Under the pieces are notes generated by a model. That model searched no databases and had not been told where the DNA came from. It was given only the letters and a program-made list of their open reading frames with translations. This document shows, in pieces, positions 26,721 to 40,087 of a DNA stretch of 64,000 bases (positions within the stretch are counted from its first letter, which is position 1; every line of letters begins with the position of its first letter). Both the position numbers and the translations under genes were made by a program. The stretch is from Epiperipatus broadwayi (taxonomy: Eukaryota; Animalia; Onychophora), in contig JAQFVV010000001.1 in the NCBI GenBank assembly GCA_028023455.1, forward strand, positions 6,882,001 through 6,946,000, read 5' to 3'.

Positions 26721-29700
26721 AGTAAAATATTCCATTGTTCTCTTCAACAACATGTGGGAAGAAACAAACTTATAAACAATATTACAACATTTTATAATGA
26801 AAGAAAAAAGAAATAGCTGTTTGTTTACTTTTCTTTATCTATCCTCATTTCAATGCAGAAAGATATAAAATTCACATTTTACTGACTTTTTTTTTTTAGT
26901 TATAATCTCTCAAATATCATTAATTCATAATTTTTAATCTTACATTTGAATTCACCATTCTTTTTACCATAAAAATCAACAAGATAATCTGCCATTAAAT
27001 ATCGGAGAACTAACTACAAAGACTCCCCAAAAGAGTATGATTCTTACCACATTTTCCCAAATTCCACTTCATTTTTCACAGGAGGACAGAAATCTCAATA
27101 ATCATCATCTAATTTTGTTATCTGCTTTTCTTCTTAGTGCTCTTGGGTTGTCTCTTTGTATGTTTGGACTTTGTCAGATGAGTTGCAATAACAACCATCG
27201 GTTTCCTTTCAGAAAATGATACTGTAACTACAAGGACATGCGCCATATACTTTGTAATCTGGAGGTGAATTCTCGTAGAATTAAAAACAACACTCCATGA
27301 AATATTTTTGTATATACAACTATTTATTTTTCTCCATTTTGTATATAGTTATGCAAAGTTGATACCATTGTGATGGCTTCTGTTTGGATTATTGATGGTA
27401 TATGTGATAGAAACTGTCTAAGAAAATTATTGAACTTCCCTTTTTTTTTCTTCTCAGTCTTTTTTTTATTATTATTCCAAGCATAACTTAACAAAAAAAA
27501 ATCTCATTTTATAGTTGTATGTGTTTTCTTGGATGTTGCTTTCTACTTTATTTGTACATTCAAGCATTAGTATTGGTTAGTGTGAAAGTTTCACTTTGAA
27601 ATCATTTCTTTGTATTAATAAAGTGAATTACAATCCTCAAAAAAAATCGACAAGATTTTATTTACAAATCAATTCAGAATAGGCAAAATCAAAAAGATCT
27701 CAAAAATGTCTTAAAATTTATAAACCATGTATTTTAAACTTGATTTGCAATCAACAGCATTTTTTTTTCTCTCCTTTTAGTCTCATTTAATATTATATTT
27801 TTACTCACATATTAGAATAAATGGTCAAAAACATATACCTAAATTGTCTTTATAAACATACAATATGATTAAAATGTACATTAATAATTTTTTTCTTTTA
27901 ATCTCATGAACAATTTCTTTACAGTATACACGTGCATACACATTCTTGTTCAAATCTTTATTAATTAATTCATATAAATTTATGCATAAATTGCCTTTCA
28001 CAGTACACAATAAATATTTAATAATATTGTCAAATGCATATATCAACTTTCTTTTACTTTTTCAGACAGTTTATTCTATTAGACATAATAAAGATAGTTT
28101 GGTCCTTTTTTTTATTTATTTTATGCAGTGTTCCAATCTAACTAATGTGGGTTACTCTCAAGCTGATATGGTTATAGTATTAATTAGAAGATTTTCACTA
28201 TAAAAATAAACATTAATAGTACATAATGAAATGTACTATGTATTTTTTTATTTTGAGTAAGTTATGGTATAACAGACCATACAACTAATTAAAAATTAGA
28301 AGACCTACCGGAACACATTCATTCAGAACAGTTTTTATTTGTTGTTTCCTCTATTCATTAAAAGTGAACCACTTTAGTTTATTCTCTAGTTTTTAAATAA
28401 GAAAAGTAGCTCAAATGTCAATACTATATATAAGTGAAAAATCAAAATTTCACAAACTTTTTCCAATCCTTTTAAAAGATAAACAAATCTTCTTATAAAG
28501 AGTATATATAATAGAATATTTTCATGGACAATATTCAATGAGATATTCCATAAATATTTTGGAATTCAGTTATAATGTAATTGTGCAAACTACAATAGCC
28601 TTTGAATATATCATTCATCAACATTATTTTATTTGCTGATCCCCTATAAACTAAAATTGGATTACTTTAATTTATTATTTGTGAAAAAGATTTGAAAAAT
28701 TGTGTCACTGATTATTCTACATATATATATATATAGTACTGAAATGTTTACATACATAAACATAATTATCATTTAAATGTTTGTTTCCAAAGTTTTTAAA
28801 ATGAGATGACTTTCTCTATTTTGGGAATTAAAAAATCGATCTGTTTAAAAATTATCTCGCAATATTTATCTAGATTGATTAATTAAAACTCACTCCTCTG
28901 ACAAATTTTTCATATCAACCTTCTTTATTAACAAAAAAGAATTTAATAAAAACTAATCTGATCTTTTATTACATGCTTTGCCTAATATTAAAGCTAGAAA
29001 TCATATTAGTTACTATAATACCAATTACTATGAAACAATTTTAAATATTTCATATAAATTCAGGAACTACTAATATGGATGTATATTATTTTTTGATTAA
29101 TGGTAAATGGACAGTTGATGGCTCAATTATTTTTTTAAAAAAAAAAGAACTTAAGCTTACTTAGAAACCTGAAAAACTTTCAATCAGTTTCAAACCCAAG
29201 TCATAAACATAGCATGCATATGCAATGTACAATATGTAAATAGATGTCTCATAAAAAAAAAAAATATTCAGAAAATTTATGATAATTTCAAATCAAAAAA
29301 TCTATATAGCATATATATATTTCTTCCTTTTTTATATAATAGATTAGAATTTCAGTTATGCTTTTTTATTAATCTTAAAATTTGTACATAAAAGCAATTA
29401 GCTAAGAAAGATGCAATTGGCTAGCTTTATTTTTGCTTTGTATCCAGTAAACAAAAGTGTAACTGCAGATAATTAATTTTTAAATGCATAAGAGATTAAT
29501 AATTGAAAATTTAAACAAACTTCAGTTTCTGTTATCAATATTATAATCTGTTTTTTATCACATGGTAACAGAAACAGAAAATAGACTAAAAAAATACATT
29601 TACTTGAAATTTTTTTTAGTAAAATATGATTACAAATAAGTATAGCAATGAACCTTCTGTTATTAAAGTAGTTGCTTTAAAACTCATATACCTAAAGTAA

Positions 29701-30118
29701 CAATTATTAATTGAAGTCAGATTATTATACTGATGATACAATAATAAAAATTGTAATTAATGTCAAGTTTGAAAAACCAAATTTAGTATAAAGAATTGTC
29801 GGCAATTGTCTCAGCTTATCAATACAACTATTACTGCTAATAAATATTACCTATCACTTTCATCTTTAAAAGAGTCTTCAATATTTTTTTTAGCCAGTTT
29901 TTTTAAATTTGTCTCTTTAAATTAAATATTGGAAAAGCATTCTCAACATATTCTGCAATCTTGAAATGCTGAAATTAAAAAAGGCATGATTTTATTTCAT
30001 AATTTTCAATTATAAATCAAATTTCATTATTTTTTATGTTGCTTGTTGCTATGTCTAGCAGAACTCTATTGCTTTCTGGATTGCAAATATAAATAACATA
30101 AATAAATACCTAGAATAA

Positions 30119-30764
30119 TGTGAAACAACGCAGTAAGTAATTTAAAGGAAATAGTTTTATTTACAGAGGATTATATATAAAGATAATAAATCTTTAACAA
30201 ATATATACATCAATTATATATATTTTATATACATACACTATAACATAATATTATGGGTCCGAAGGCATATAAAATAATATTAAAGATTGATACGACATAT
30301 TATAAGTCCCTAAGTTTACTTTCACACATCTGGAGGTAAACTTCTCCGCAAGGCTAAAGTGAAGGAGGGAGGGGGCTGATTAAAGCACCTGTGGATAGCA
30401 CATCTGCTTTTCAGAAGCTTCACCTAGCAAGTGTACTCTCTCAGTTCTGTTCTGGTTATTTTATACACACTCCTCGGTGTTTTAGATTGTCTCTTGATTG
30501 GCCATCAGCTGCCCATGTAATGGTCCATATCTAGAGTTTCCATATTCGATCCCTGATCAGATAACGCAGTATGTTTCCCTTATCATTAAATCTGATCAGG
30601 AACTAAACATTCAGAGTTGCAATGCCTTTAATTTATCTTAGATTAATCTCTATGCTAATACTGATTATTTATCAGTATAAAATATTCTTTTATTCCAAAC
30701 TATTTAATTAGTATAAATGCTTTTATAAAATAATGTGTATGCCTTTGGCATACATGCACTTACA
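30119..30764 (-). mobile_element. Possible solo LTR
   Basis: GC-richer island with minus-strand TGTAAG...AATAAAAC...TTTCACA (TG...CA ends). No matching TSD found. Confidence 0.35.
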
Positions 30765-31498
30765 GTTTACTTTTACAGTTATATCATTTAACTAATACTA
30801 CTTATTTTATGTGTATATATGAATATACACACATACTTAGCACTTGTTAGAAGACATTTAATAATTAAGTAATAATTACATTTTTTATTTCATACTTTGA
30901 AATTTATGTGATCTTGAATTTGACATTTAAAGTGATTGGGATTTAAATACGGCATTCGATGCAAGATCTCATTCACAATAATCTAAAAATTGGTATTGTG
31001 AACCATGAAATAATCAACCTGCAGAGCTTACATCTGCTTATTTTAAAACTTAGTAAATTTAGTAATATTGACAATTTAAATGCTTGTAATTTCAATTGGT
31101 AACTGGTTAATAATTTAAGTATTACTGCCGGTTTAGTTTTGAACACATTTAATTTTCTATATACAGTATATTTTATTATTCAGATATTTACAGTTCTTTT
31201 TGCAAAGACAAGAGTATTATGATTAAATGAGTAAAAAAGAAAGAGGAAGAGATTACTGTTAATAGCATATTTTAAAATCCAAGAACTTTAATACTGAAGA
31301 TATTCATAATTTTTGGAAATAAAATTTTAAAAAAAAATTGAATGCTATCTTCAAATCTTATGACTTTCCCCAAAAATTAGCATAATATCCAAATACATCT
31401 GCCCAGATTATCTACTAATTTAATGTCTTCAATAGATAAATGAAAAAAAATAAAGAATTACAAGGAATAAATAAAAAAAATTCAAATCAAACCCTTAC

Positions 31499-31599
31499 TA
31501 TTTTAAAAGCATATATCGTAAAGAATTTCCTAATGTATGATCTTCTCCATGAATAAGAAATGATCGACAGTTTTCTTCTGCATCATCTTCTGGCTGAAT
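31499..31599 (-). CDS. POLR1D: POLR1D coding exon 2 ([34 protein letters not shown])
   Basis: ttttag acceptor, GTAAGG donor, 101 nt. Contains the [11 protein letters not shown] signature of RPAC2/RPB11-like subunits; phase 2 matches exon 3. Confidence 0.95.
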
Positions 31600-32480
31600 C
31601 TAAAAATAAAATATTTAAAATGTTTTAAAAATATCAATGCATAAATTAGAATGCATCATAATTAAAAATAACCTTTTTCAAATCCAATTTTAAATTATAT
31701 CATTTTTTAAATTGTCATTTTTATTAAATTTAAAATTGCAAAATATATTTTAGATTATTTAAAGTTTTTGTCCTAATGTTACAAATGAGTTATAAAAAAA
31801 TTCTTTGTTAAATACAATAGATTAATTAACATGAATCATATTAAAATTATTTAACTTGTCAAAAAAATTAAGTATATTAAATACATATTGATAATGATCA
31901 AGCCATTTTCTAACAGGAGACATCTTTTATAATAAAAAGAAAATTAGCATCAAGATCCTAAAAATGATCAAGAGATAAACAGCCAAATGACTGCCATCTC
32001 TTAACAATATAAAAACTTTAAACTATTTCCTTTTACAAAATAAAACAAATAATTTAATTTTTACCTTTCTTAAATGTAAATATTACTTTGTCGACAATTT
32101 CTCTATTTCTTCATTTCCTTTTTATAAACATTTATACTGATTCTATTATTTTCTGAAACTTTTCCATTCTTCTAAGATTTAATAGTATATCTCATCATTC
32201 CACTTTATTTCGTTCTTTTATTAGTATATAATTATTTGTAATTTTTTCCTAACAATGAGTGTCTTTTTTTTTTACTATTGAAATATCTCTCTTTCCTATA
32301 TCAGTATGTCATTTTAATATAAATAGCAATAACAAATTATACTATTCTTTATGCACTCATTGCAATACAATATTTTTATTAAATTCTTCAATCCAGCTGG
32401 GTTTGGGCTGTATAAGAGTAATAAAAAAAATATCAAGCTGTTAACACTAGTGTGGAGATTACGGTTTTTGGCAGCTCTAG

Positions 32481-32520
32481 CTCATCTGATGAGTGATGGT
32501 TATTCTGAAATGCATGCATA
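32481..32520 (+). ncRNA. Degenerate hammerhead-like motif
   Basis: CTGATGA GTGAT GGTT ATTCT GAAA TGCATG; core intact and similar to the 49.6/55.8-kb family, but stems I and II pair poorly. Confidence 0.3.
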
Positions 32521-32850
32521 AATGAAAGATCATCTTAGTTTTTGTGCTAGTGGATAGTTGCAATATGATAGAATTGAGATAAAAAGTGCACTGATAAAAC
32601 TAAAAAAAAATTGAGAAAATCTTCCTTAAAGCTTTTTTGTTGCTCCATTTATATTTATTTTAATATCTTTAATTATAGCAACAAAAAACTGAGGAAGATT
32701 TGTACAGTTAAAAGTGTCATTTGAATTGGAGAATTACATTGAGTACATAAAGTTAAAATATTATTGTGATTTATATCAGAATTAATTTAACCAATACACA
32801 AAAATAGTAAAAAAATATATCATTGTATAGCTTTACTTACAATTTCAGTT

Positions 32851-34840
32851 CATTATCATTTTCAACAATTATCAACCTATTGCAGGATAATGGTCTCTCC
32901 AAATTCAAACCAACTTTACCTGTGGCCTCTTTCTAGGTCTTTTACAATCTCTTAATTCTGTTTATGATTTCAATTGTACATCTATTATCATCTTTTCTAA
33001 CAATATGTCCAGCCCAGTTCCACTTCAGTCTCTTAATTCTTTCAATGATGACAGTATCACCTGTTTGTTCTCTCATCTCATGTATTTCATTTTCGATCCC
33101 TTCTCGTTACTCCTAACATCTTTTAATACTTCATTGAGTGGTATAAAGTCTCTGTATTACTCTACTGTTAAGTGTCCAAGTCTCAGATCCATAGTAAGAA
33201 CTGGTAAAGCACCTTTATTAAAAATCTTCCTTTTCAGACATATTTATTTTTATCAAAAACATACCAAGTTTGATTCTACAATTAATTTCATCCATTATAA
33301 TAATCTAAGATATTTGTAGTTGTTAATTCTTCTAACTCATTATTATCAATCTTTATTTTCTTATTTTGAGAAAATCCATTGAACATTATTCTTTTTAAAA
33401 TTTATCTTTAATCCTACTTTCTTACATTTATCTGATAATTCTTGCAACATTTCCTGAAGTTATGAAACCTTATTTGTAAAAATAATTATATCATCTGCAA
33501 AATCTCCATTTTCTTTTAATCTCTTAACTTCCCATTTTAATCCACAAATATTTTTTTATAAAATTACTATAAAAAGTTTTGGAGATATGGAGTCATCCTG
33601 TTGCACACCCTTCTCAATGTATCTTCTTAATATAACTATGTAATTTAATTATAGCTGTTGCATCATAATAAATATTCCTCAAAATATGACAATATTCTGA
33701 ATCTATATCTTGATGATCTGATGCTTTAATCACTGTAAAAATATTAAGCAAATGCCTTTTCATAATCCATAAATCAAAACATAACTGTAACTCATAGTCA
33801 CAGATCCTTTCTATGACTTCTCTCAAATCCACTGAACTAAAACCACTTTTAAATCCAACTTGCTCTTTTGTTTGGTTAAAATATAAAATTCACTGTAGAC
33901 AAGTTATAATTATCTTTGTAAAAATTTTGTATACAACTGATAAAAAACTATCAGGTCTCTAATGTCTAATATCTTGTTTATCCCCCTTCTTTTTTAATAC
34001 TGCATTCTTCCAATCATTTGTTTCATCTTTATCATTTAGACATTTGTTATATAACTTTGCCAAAAAACTTTCTATTTCTTTACCTGCTTCTTTTAAGAGA
34101 TAGATTATAATTCCGCTATTACCTGAAGCTTTTTCCCTAATTCATAGATTTAATTCCATGTCTCATTTCTTCATTTAAAATTCTAGGCAACTATTTAAGA
34201 TAATATAGTTAGTTGTATGAGATACTTTTTCTTGTTCTTTATTGCTATATAATTCTAGAGAAAACTCTTCCACACATTTTATGATGCCATCTCTCTTTTT
34301 AAAAATAGTTCCAGCTTTTTTGTTCTCTCAGTAGAAATTTTACGGATCAATTGCTGCTTTTTGTACCAGCTATCTTTGTTGCAGTTTTTAAAAGTGTTCC
34401 AATTATCTTCCTATTGATTTTGTTTAAATATGAACCATGTTCAAAATCTGTTAATATTTGAAAATGATTTGCAGTTCTAATTTAAATTCATTGGAACGTT
34501 TTTAAAGATTAGAAATATTAACTGTGAATACTGTTTTTCTTAATAATTTTTGTCTCTAGTTTTACATTAACACGTATCTTACATTTCACTAATCAAAGAT
34601 CACTTCCTGTGTTGAATTTACTAAGAACATTACAATCTTCAAATACTTTTCTGTTAGTCAAAATATAATCCAATTCTGCTGTATCTTCATTTAGACGTTT
34701 CCATGTTCATTTCTGTTTATCATTTTTCTCAAAAAAAAAGAATTCAAAATATAAAGATTTACTTTTCGGAAAACTCTAAAAAAGTCTATGTCCTCTCTTA
34801 TTTCAATCACCATAACTAAATTTACCCACAGCACTTCATA
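32851..34840 (-). mobile_element. Decayed RTE LINE (same family as copies 1 and 2; internal deletions)
   Basis: Alignable by eye to 9600-11900 throughout; many stops. Confidence 0.9.
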
Positions 34841-35169
34841 ATTCAATTTCAATTTCAATTACAAGTACATATAAACATACATATAAAGAACAATAAAAAT
34901 GATTACATTTGAATATGAATGCATGCGTAAATAACTAATATATTTTAGTCAATAACAGTTGTTAAGATTACTAAACAGTAAAAATTATAAGTAGTAGTAA
35001 GCAGCAGCATTTTTTCAACCAATGAACACTTAAATATTTAGATAGTAACAGAAATGATGTGGAGTTATATTGCATATTAGCTTATAGGGAAAAAGTTATG
35101 AAGATCACAAGATAACATTATTAACAATAAATAATAGCATCATAAATTTAAAAGTAAGTAAAAGAGTAC

Positions 35170-36350
35170 ATTATCTTATTACAATTTATTACATTATTAA
35201 TTTTTTGTATCTTTTTAGAGAATTTGACATATTTAGTTCTTCTAAATAACCTTTAAATAGTTCAATATTTTCTTTGTTGTATACATTTGCTGCTTATTGT
35301 TCCTTCTATCTGCATAACTATTAGTATCAGTTATTTTCTAGTTAGTTTCTAAGTCTGAGCCATCTTCAAAGTCTGATGTTTTAATAAGATTTTTAAGTTA
35401 ACTTAATTCATCAGAACATCTCTGAAGATATATCGATTATTGAAACTCTTTCTTAACTTTTGTCTTTAACTTTGCATTAACTCATACTTTACATCTCACT
35501 AATCAATAACCATCTTTGGTTTAGAATCTAATAAACATATATAAATCTTGAAATATACATTTTCTATTACTCAAAATATATTCCAACTCTATAATGTAGC
35601 CTTCATCTGAAGGTTACTGTATTCATTTCCTCTTTGGACTTTTCTCAGAAATAGAATTTATAATGTACTAAACTTTACATGATCACCATTTCTTATGCTA
35701 GCATATAACTGTTATTAACACAGGCAAAACTCTCCATACAATCGATGTCAGAAGGCTTGTGCATAAAATCCCCATCTAATGCCTATTCACAAGCCTTCTG
35801 GCATCCATTGATTACTCTGGTTGGCACTACTGTATGGAGAGTTTTACCGTGAATATATAAAATATTTTTTTATTTTCTCCAAATTCCATAAGTTTACATT
35901 CCTTTTCAGGTCTGTCTCTATAAACAAATTTATCCACAGCATCTTCATTTTTTAAGTATTTCCCAATTTTATGATAAAAACCTTTCATGACAAATTTACA
36001 ATGTCTGCTTTGTTCAAAGGTTATTTTCTATATCTCTAAGTCATCTAATTCTTCACCAGAATAACAACTTGTTAATGCAAACCCCATTAACTTAAATAAT
36101 TAATCTTGCTACACTGATAAATATAATGCCAATTGTGCTTCCAACAAATACTTTTTTTAATAATTCTCCATTCAAAGCAATTAATTATAACTGCTATCTC
36201 TTTTCTATTAGAATACTGTTCCATTGGACATAAGACAATTCTAAAATATATATAAATCAAATAATTATTTATCTGTTTTAATATTTCAACAAGAAGATTG
36301 GTTTTTATCAGACAATACAGCTCAATTTTTTTATAGAAACCAATCATAAA
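35170..36350 (-). mobile_element. Older RTE fragment (APE region), interrupted at ~35665-35850
   Basis: SCYSGEELDD...FEQSRHCKFVMKGFYHKIG...DAVDKFVY aligns to SSHSDEVVED...FDQSKQHFKIVMGDFNARIG...IAVGNFGY of copy 1. Confidence 0.7.
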
Positions 36351-37020
36351 TAGAAGTAAATTTCTCCATACAATAGTGACCCACTAATACAATCCATAGT
36401 AATTAATAGATGCAAGGTTGTATATTTTAATCCTTATCCAATATCCTCAGATTAATTTCCAGCTTATGGCTTTCATCAGTGATGAACTTTGGATATAAGA
36501 ACAATACACCTGGATCTTTGAATCTAATGCACTCCCCTAGCATCCATCTTTTATCTTTTTGTATAAACATAAGAAAAGGTACTTGTGTGATGTTTTAATT
36601 CCAATCCTACCCAAAGGATAATGGTGATTGTAATTATTAAAAAAATCAAAATCAGCAGAATATATATGGAACTGGATTCAGATCTGTACAATTATATAAG
36701 CAAGTTAGCTTGGATTAAAAACCTTGTGTTTCATTTTGGGTTGATAGCTTTATAATTAACCAAAAATGTTACATCTAAAAATCCAGCTGCACTGCTCTCA
36801 GATCCAAATTCTTCATTATTGAAAGACATAAGCTAGAAACTAGCCTGGGGATATTAAATGAGAAGGCACTGGATCAGAATTAAAATGCATAACCTTCTAG
36901 CATCTACTGATTATTATAGCTTGCACTAAGAGGCGGTATTGTATGGAGAAATTTACTACTGTTTTAACAGATTATGTAAGCATAAGAAAAGGTAGACGTG
37001 ATGTTTTAAAAGTGTAAAAC
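35665..37020. mobile_element. Hammerhead repeat family C: inverted partial units (35665-35850; 36355-36560; ~1.1 unit 36560-37020 in the opposite orientation)
   Basis: Shares ctccatac(a/t)...atggatgcaag...atccaatatcc blocks with 38142-39235 and 63846-64000; orientation switches internally. Confidence 0.8.
36445..36484 (-). ncRNA. Minimal type I hammerhead motif, family C
   Basis: CATCA | CTGATGA A | AGC cataa GCT G | GAAA | TTAA | TC | TGAGG; palindromic stem III ATTAAT and one stem I mismatch. Confidence 0.7.
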
Positions 37021-37108
37021 CAATCCTCTGGTTAAAATATTAAAACAGCAGTATAGACAAATAATTGTATTTTATTTTTTATTTATATACTTCCTTTATT
37101 TAGTTTAT

Positions 37109-37700
37109 AGTGCCAAAGCACGAAACCATGGTCAGAAGTTGGGGAGGGGATTCCTGATAGATATATTTTAAATGCTTTCTCTGGCTAAGCATTTATCACA
37201 AAGATTGTTGAGCAATTGGCCATGCTCATTGTTTATATCTTACAAACTTAAGAGAATTGGGTCACGTGATCTATGACTCTTATTTTGACTATTTATAGTC
37301 TCTGTCTTAGGCAATGTTATATTGCTAAGACTATTAATATATGGTATGGCTGAAGATCTCTCAGCCCCATTTGAGTTGGATAGCTGGGTTGAAGACATGC
37401 CAGGTGTCTGAAAATTTCAGATTTTCCACTCAATAGATAACTTTTAGATAAATGCTGGCTTTAAATTGGTATTTGTAGATCTAGTGTCTGAAGCTACCCT
37501 GGCGCCTCTCTGAGGAGTACCAAAGCACGAAACCATGGTGAGGTTTGGGGGGGGGGGGGATTCTGACAGAGATATTTTAAATGCTTTCTCTGGCTAAGCA
37601 TTTATCATAAAGCTTGTTGAGCAATTGGCAATGCTCATTGTTTATATCTTACAAGCTTAAGAGAATTGAATCGTGACCTATGACTCTTATTTTGACTATT
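37109..37700 (+). mobile_element. Hammerhead repeat family B: 407-bp unit, ~1.45 tandem copies (retrozyme-like)
   Basis: 37109-37293 is repeated at 37516-37700 (offset 407). No ORF; a hammerhead motif spans the unit junction. Confidence 0.85.
37505..37543 (+). ncRNA. Type I hammerhead motif, family B
   Basis: CCTCT | CTGAGGA | GTAC caaa GCAC | GAAA | CCATGG T (..)GAGG. The partial first copy (37110-37138) reads GTGC caaa GCAC GAAA CCATGG TC AGAAG, so the two-copy consensus is fully canonical. Confidence 0.8.
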
Positions 37701-38141
37701 GTTTCTATATAAATATTCATCATCATTAATCTCTCAAAAATCCAGAACCTGTACATTAACTTTATGACAATCTTCTGGTCTTTCTATTTATTGTTTTAAT
37801 CTTCAAAAATTAGTAACTGTTGTTTTTTTAATAGCATCTACCACTTTCTTTTATCTCTCTCTTATTTTCCCTGATCAACATATTTTTATAAATCCTCTAA
37901 AACCAATTTCACTTCTTCAATTTCTCAGTGAATAATCCTTTTTCATTTTCTTTCTTCAACACTTCAATATTGCAAATCCTATCCTTTCAACTTATCTTTT
38001 CATTCTTTCTCAAATTTTCAAATCATAAACATCCACCTTTTTACATTTACCTTTTCTAAATATCCAAATCTCTGTTCTTTATAAAAACACATTATTGCAT
38101 AACTATTGCAGCTCCTGTTTTCACATTTCTGCTGTAAATAT

Positions 38142-39235
38142 TTAAAAACTGTAGCAAACTCTCCATATAGTAGTGTCACCCAATGCACATCTTACTAATC
38201 AATGGATGCAAGACTTGTGCATAAATTCTCTATCTAAAGTCAATGCCTATTCATCCAATACTCCTAGATTAGTTTCTAGCTTGTGGCTGTTGTCAATGAG
38301 AAGCCTTGGATCTGAGAGCAGCTCCTAAATCTTAGGATCTAATACAACCCTCCAGCAGCCATATTTTTACCTATTTAATTAACTATAAAGTTATGAGCCA
38401 AAGATGAAAACACAATGTTTTCAATCCAAGAGCCTTCATTTGTATAATCATACAGATCTGAATTCAATTCAATACCTATACATTTTGATGTCATTAGTTT
38501 TTAAAAACCACATTCACTAACATCCTATGGGTAAGATTGGTATGAAACTACTTAAGATCACATACCATTACCTATGTTTACAAAGTTGTTAAAACAATAG
38601 CAATCTTCATATAATAATGCCACCCAGTGCAAACCTTAGTAATCTATGGATGCAAGGTTTGTGCATAAAATCCCTATTTAGTGCCTACTCATCCAATATC
38701 CTCAGACTTGTTTCTAGTTTGTGGCCTTCATAAGGGAGGAGCATTGGATCTAGATTCTAGAATCTAATGCAACTCTCCAACAGCCACCTTTTTATCTACT
38801 GTATTTAGTTAACTATAAAGCGATGAGCCCAAGATTCAAGCTCTTTCACTTGTATAATCATACAGATCTGAATCCAGTTCAGTTTCTATATATTTTGGTG
38901 CCATTAGTTTTTTAAAAACCACATTCAACATCATTCTAGGAGCAGGGTTGGTATAAAACTACTAAATATCACATGCTCACCATTATCTATGCTTACCCAA
39001 GCTGACTCTCCATACAGTAGTGCCACCAAGAGCAAATTAAAGCGGCAAGCTAAAAACTAATCTGAGATATTGGATGAGTAGGCACTAAATAGAAATTTTA
39101 TGCACAAACCTACTTGCATCATTGAATACTAAGGTTTGCACTGGGTGCCATTACTATATGGAATTTGCTACTGTTTTAACAGCTTGTGTAAGCATAAAAA
39201 ATGGTAATCATGTGTTGTTTTAGCGGTTTTATATG
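38142..39235. mobile_element. Hammerhead repeat family C: ~2 tandem units (periods 444 and 403 bp) followed by an inverted partial unit
   Basis: Unit starts tct(c/t)cat at 38160, 38604 and 39007. Degenerate minus-strand hammerheads at 38262-38300 and 38700-38738; inversion from ~39033. Confidence 0.82.
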
Positions 39236-40087
39236 TTTAAAAACACTAATATGCTCTAAAATTTCCTACTTCAATGTTATTCTTATGTATTTATTATCAT
39301 ATACTTAAAAATAAGATTATGTTTGCACATTAAGTAGTCTACAATCTAAAATTGTGGAAATTTTGAATTAACATACTTTTTCATTCATACTTTTAATTTT
39401 TTTTAGGATTGCAATACAAAGTTTGCACCTGGATTGCAAATAAATTTGGAATTCTCTGCCAAACAAATTATTCAACCGCTTTTTCAATTAATGGAAAATT
39501 ATAGAATATATTTAAACATCTGCTAATGTCTTTTTTCTAAAGAATTCTATAATAAATTATCTTTATATACCTCAAAAATTGGAAAATATTTATATGCCTT
39601 GGTCCATTATAGTATTTTGTAGAAGTCAATATTCTTTTTAACACTACTTTCATAGCACTAGTTTTCAGATACAATAATATAAGCAAGTTGGATCCATAAT
39701 CCATTAAAAGATTGACAAAAATATTCTATATTGGTTTTGATTCTAAAGTAAAATGACTATTTCAAAAAAAAATTTAGGTAAATGATGAAAATATGAGTGA
39801 GATTTCATGATTAATAATTATTTGCTATCAATATGATAATTTGATATATGATTAATAAATTCTTACTATCATTAAAATGGATCTATCTTCAAAATATGGC
39901 AAGATGTTTTGTCATCATGCTCAACATTCCGCTTTATGTGTGTTGTTAGATTTTACTAAAATACTGTAAATATAAAGTGAAAAAATGAATGGTGCTACTG
40001 TAGGATAGTTTCTGAGATTTAATCTATGTTTTCTGATCCATAGTTTCTCTGCAACATGCCAGCAAGCTTTCTTATCCCATCCAACCA

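Noticed and set aside
40030-40085. Hammerhead-like ...AAGAAAGCTTGC...GCAGAGAAACTATGG on the minus strand
   Set aside because: CTGA core absent and stems unconvincing.
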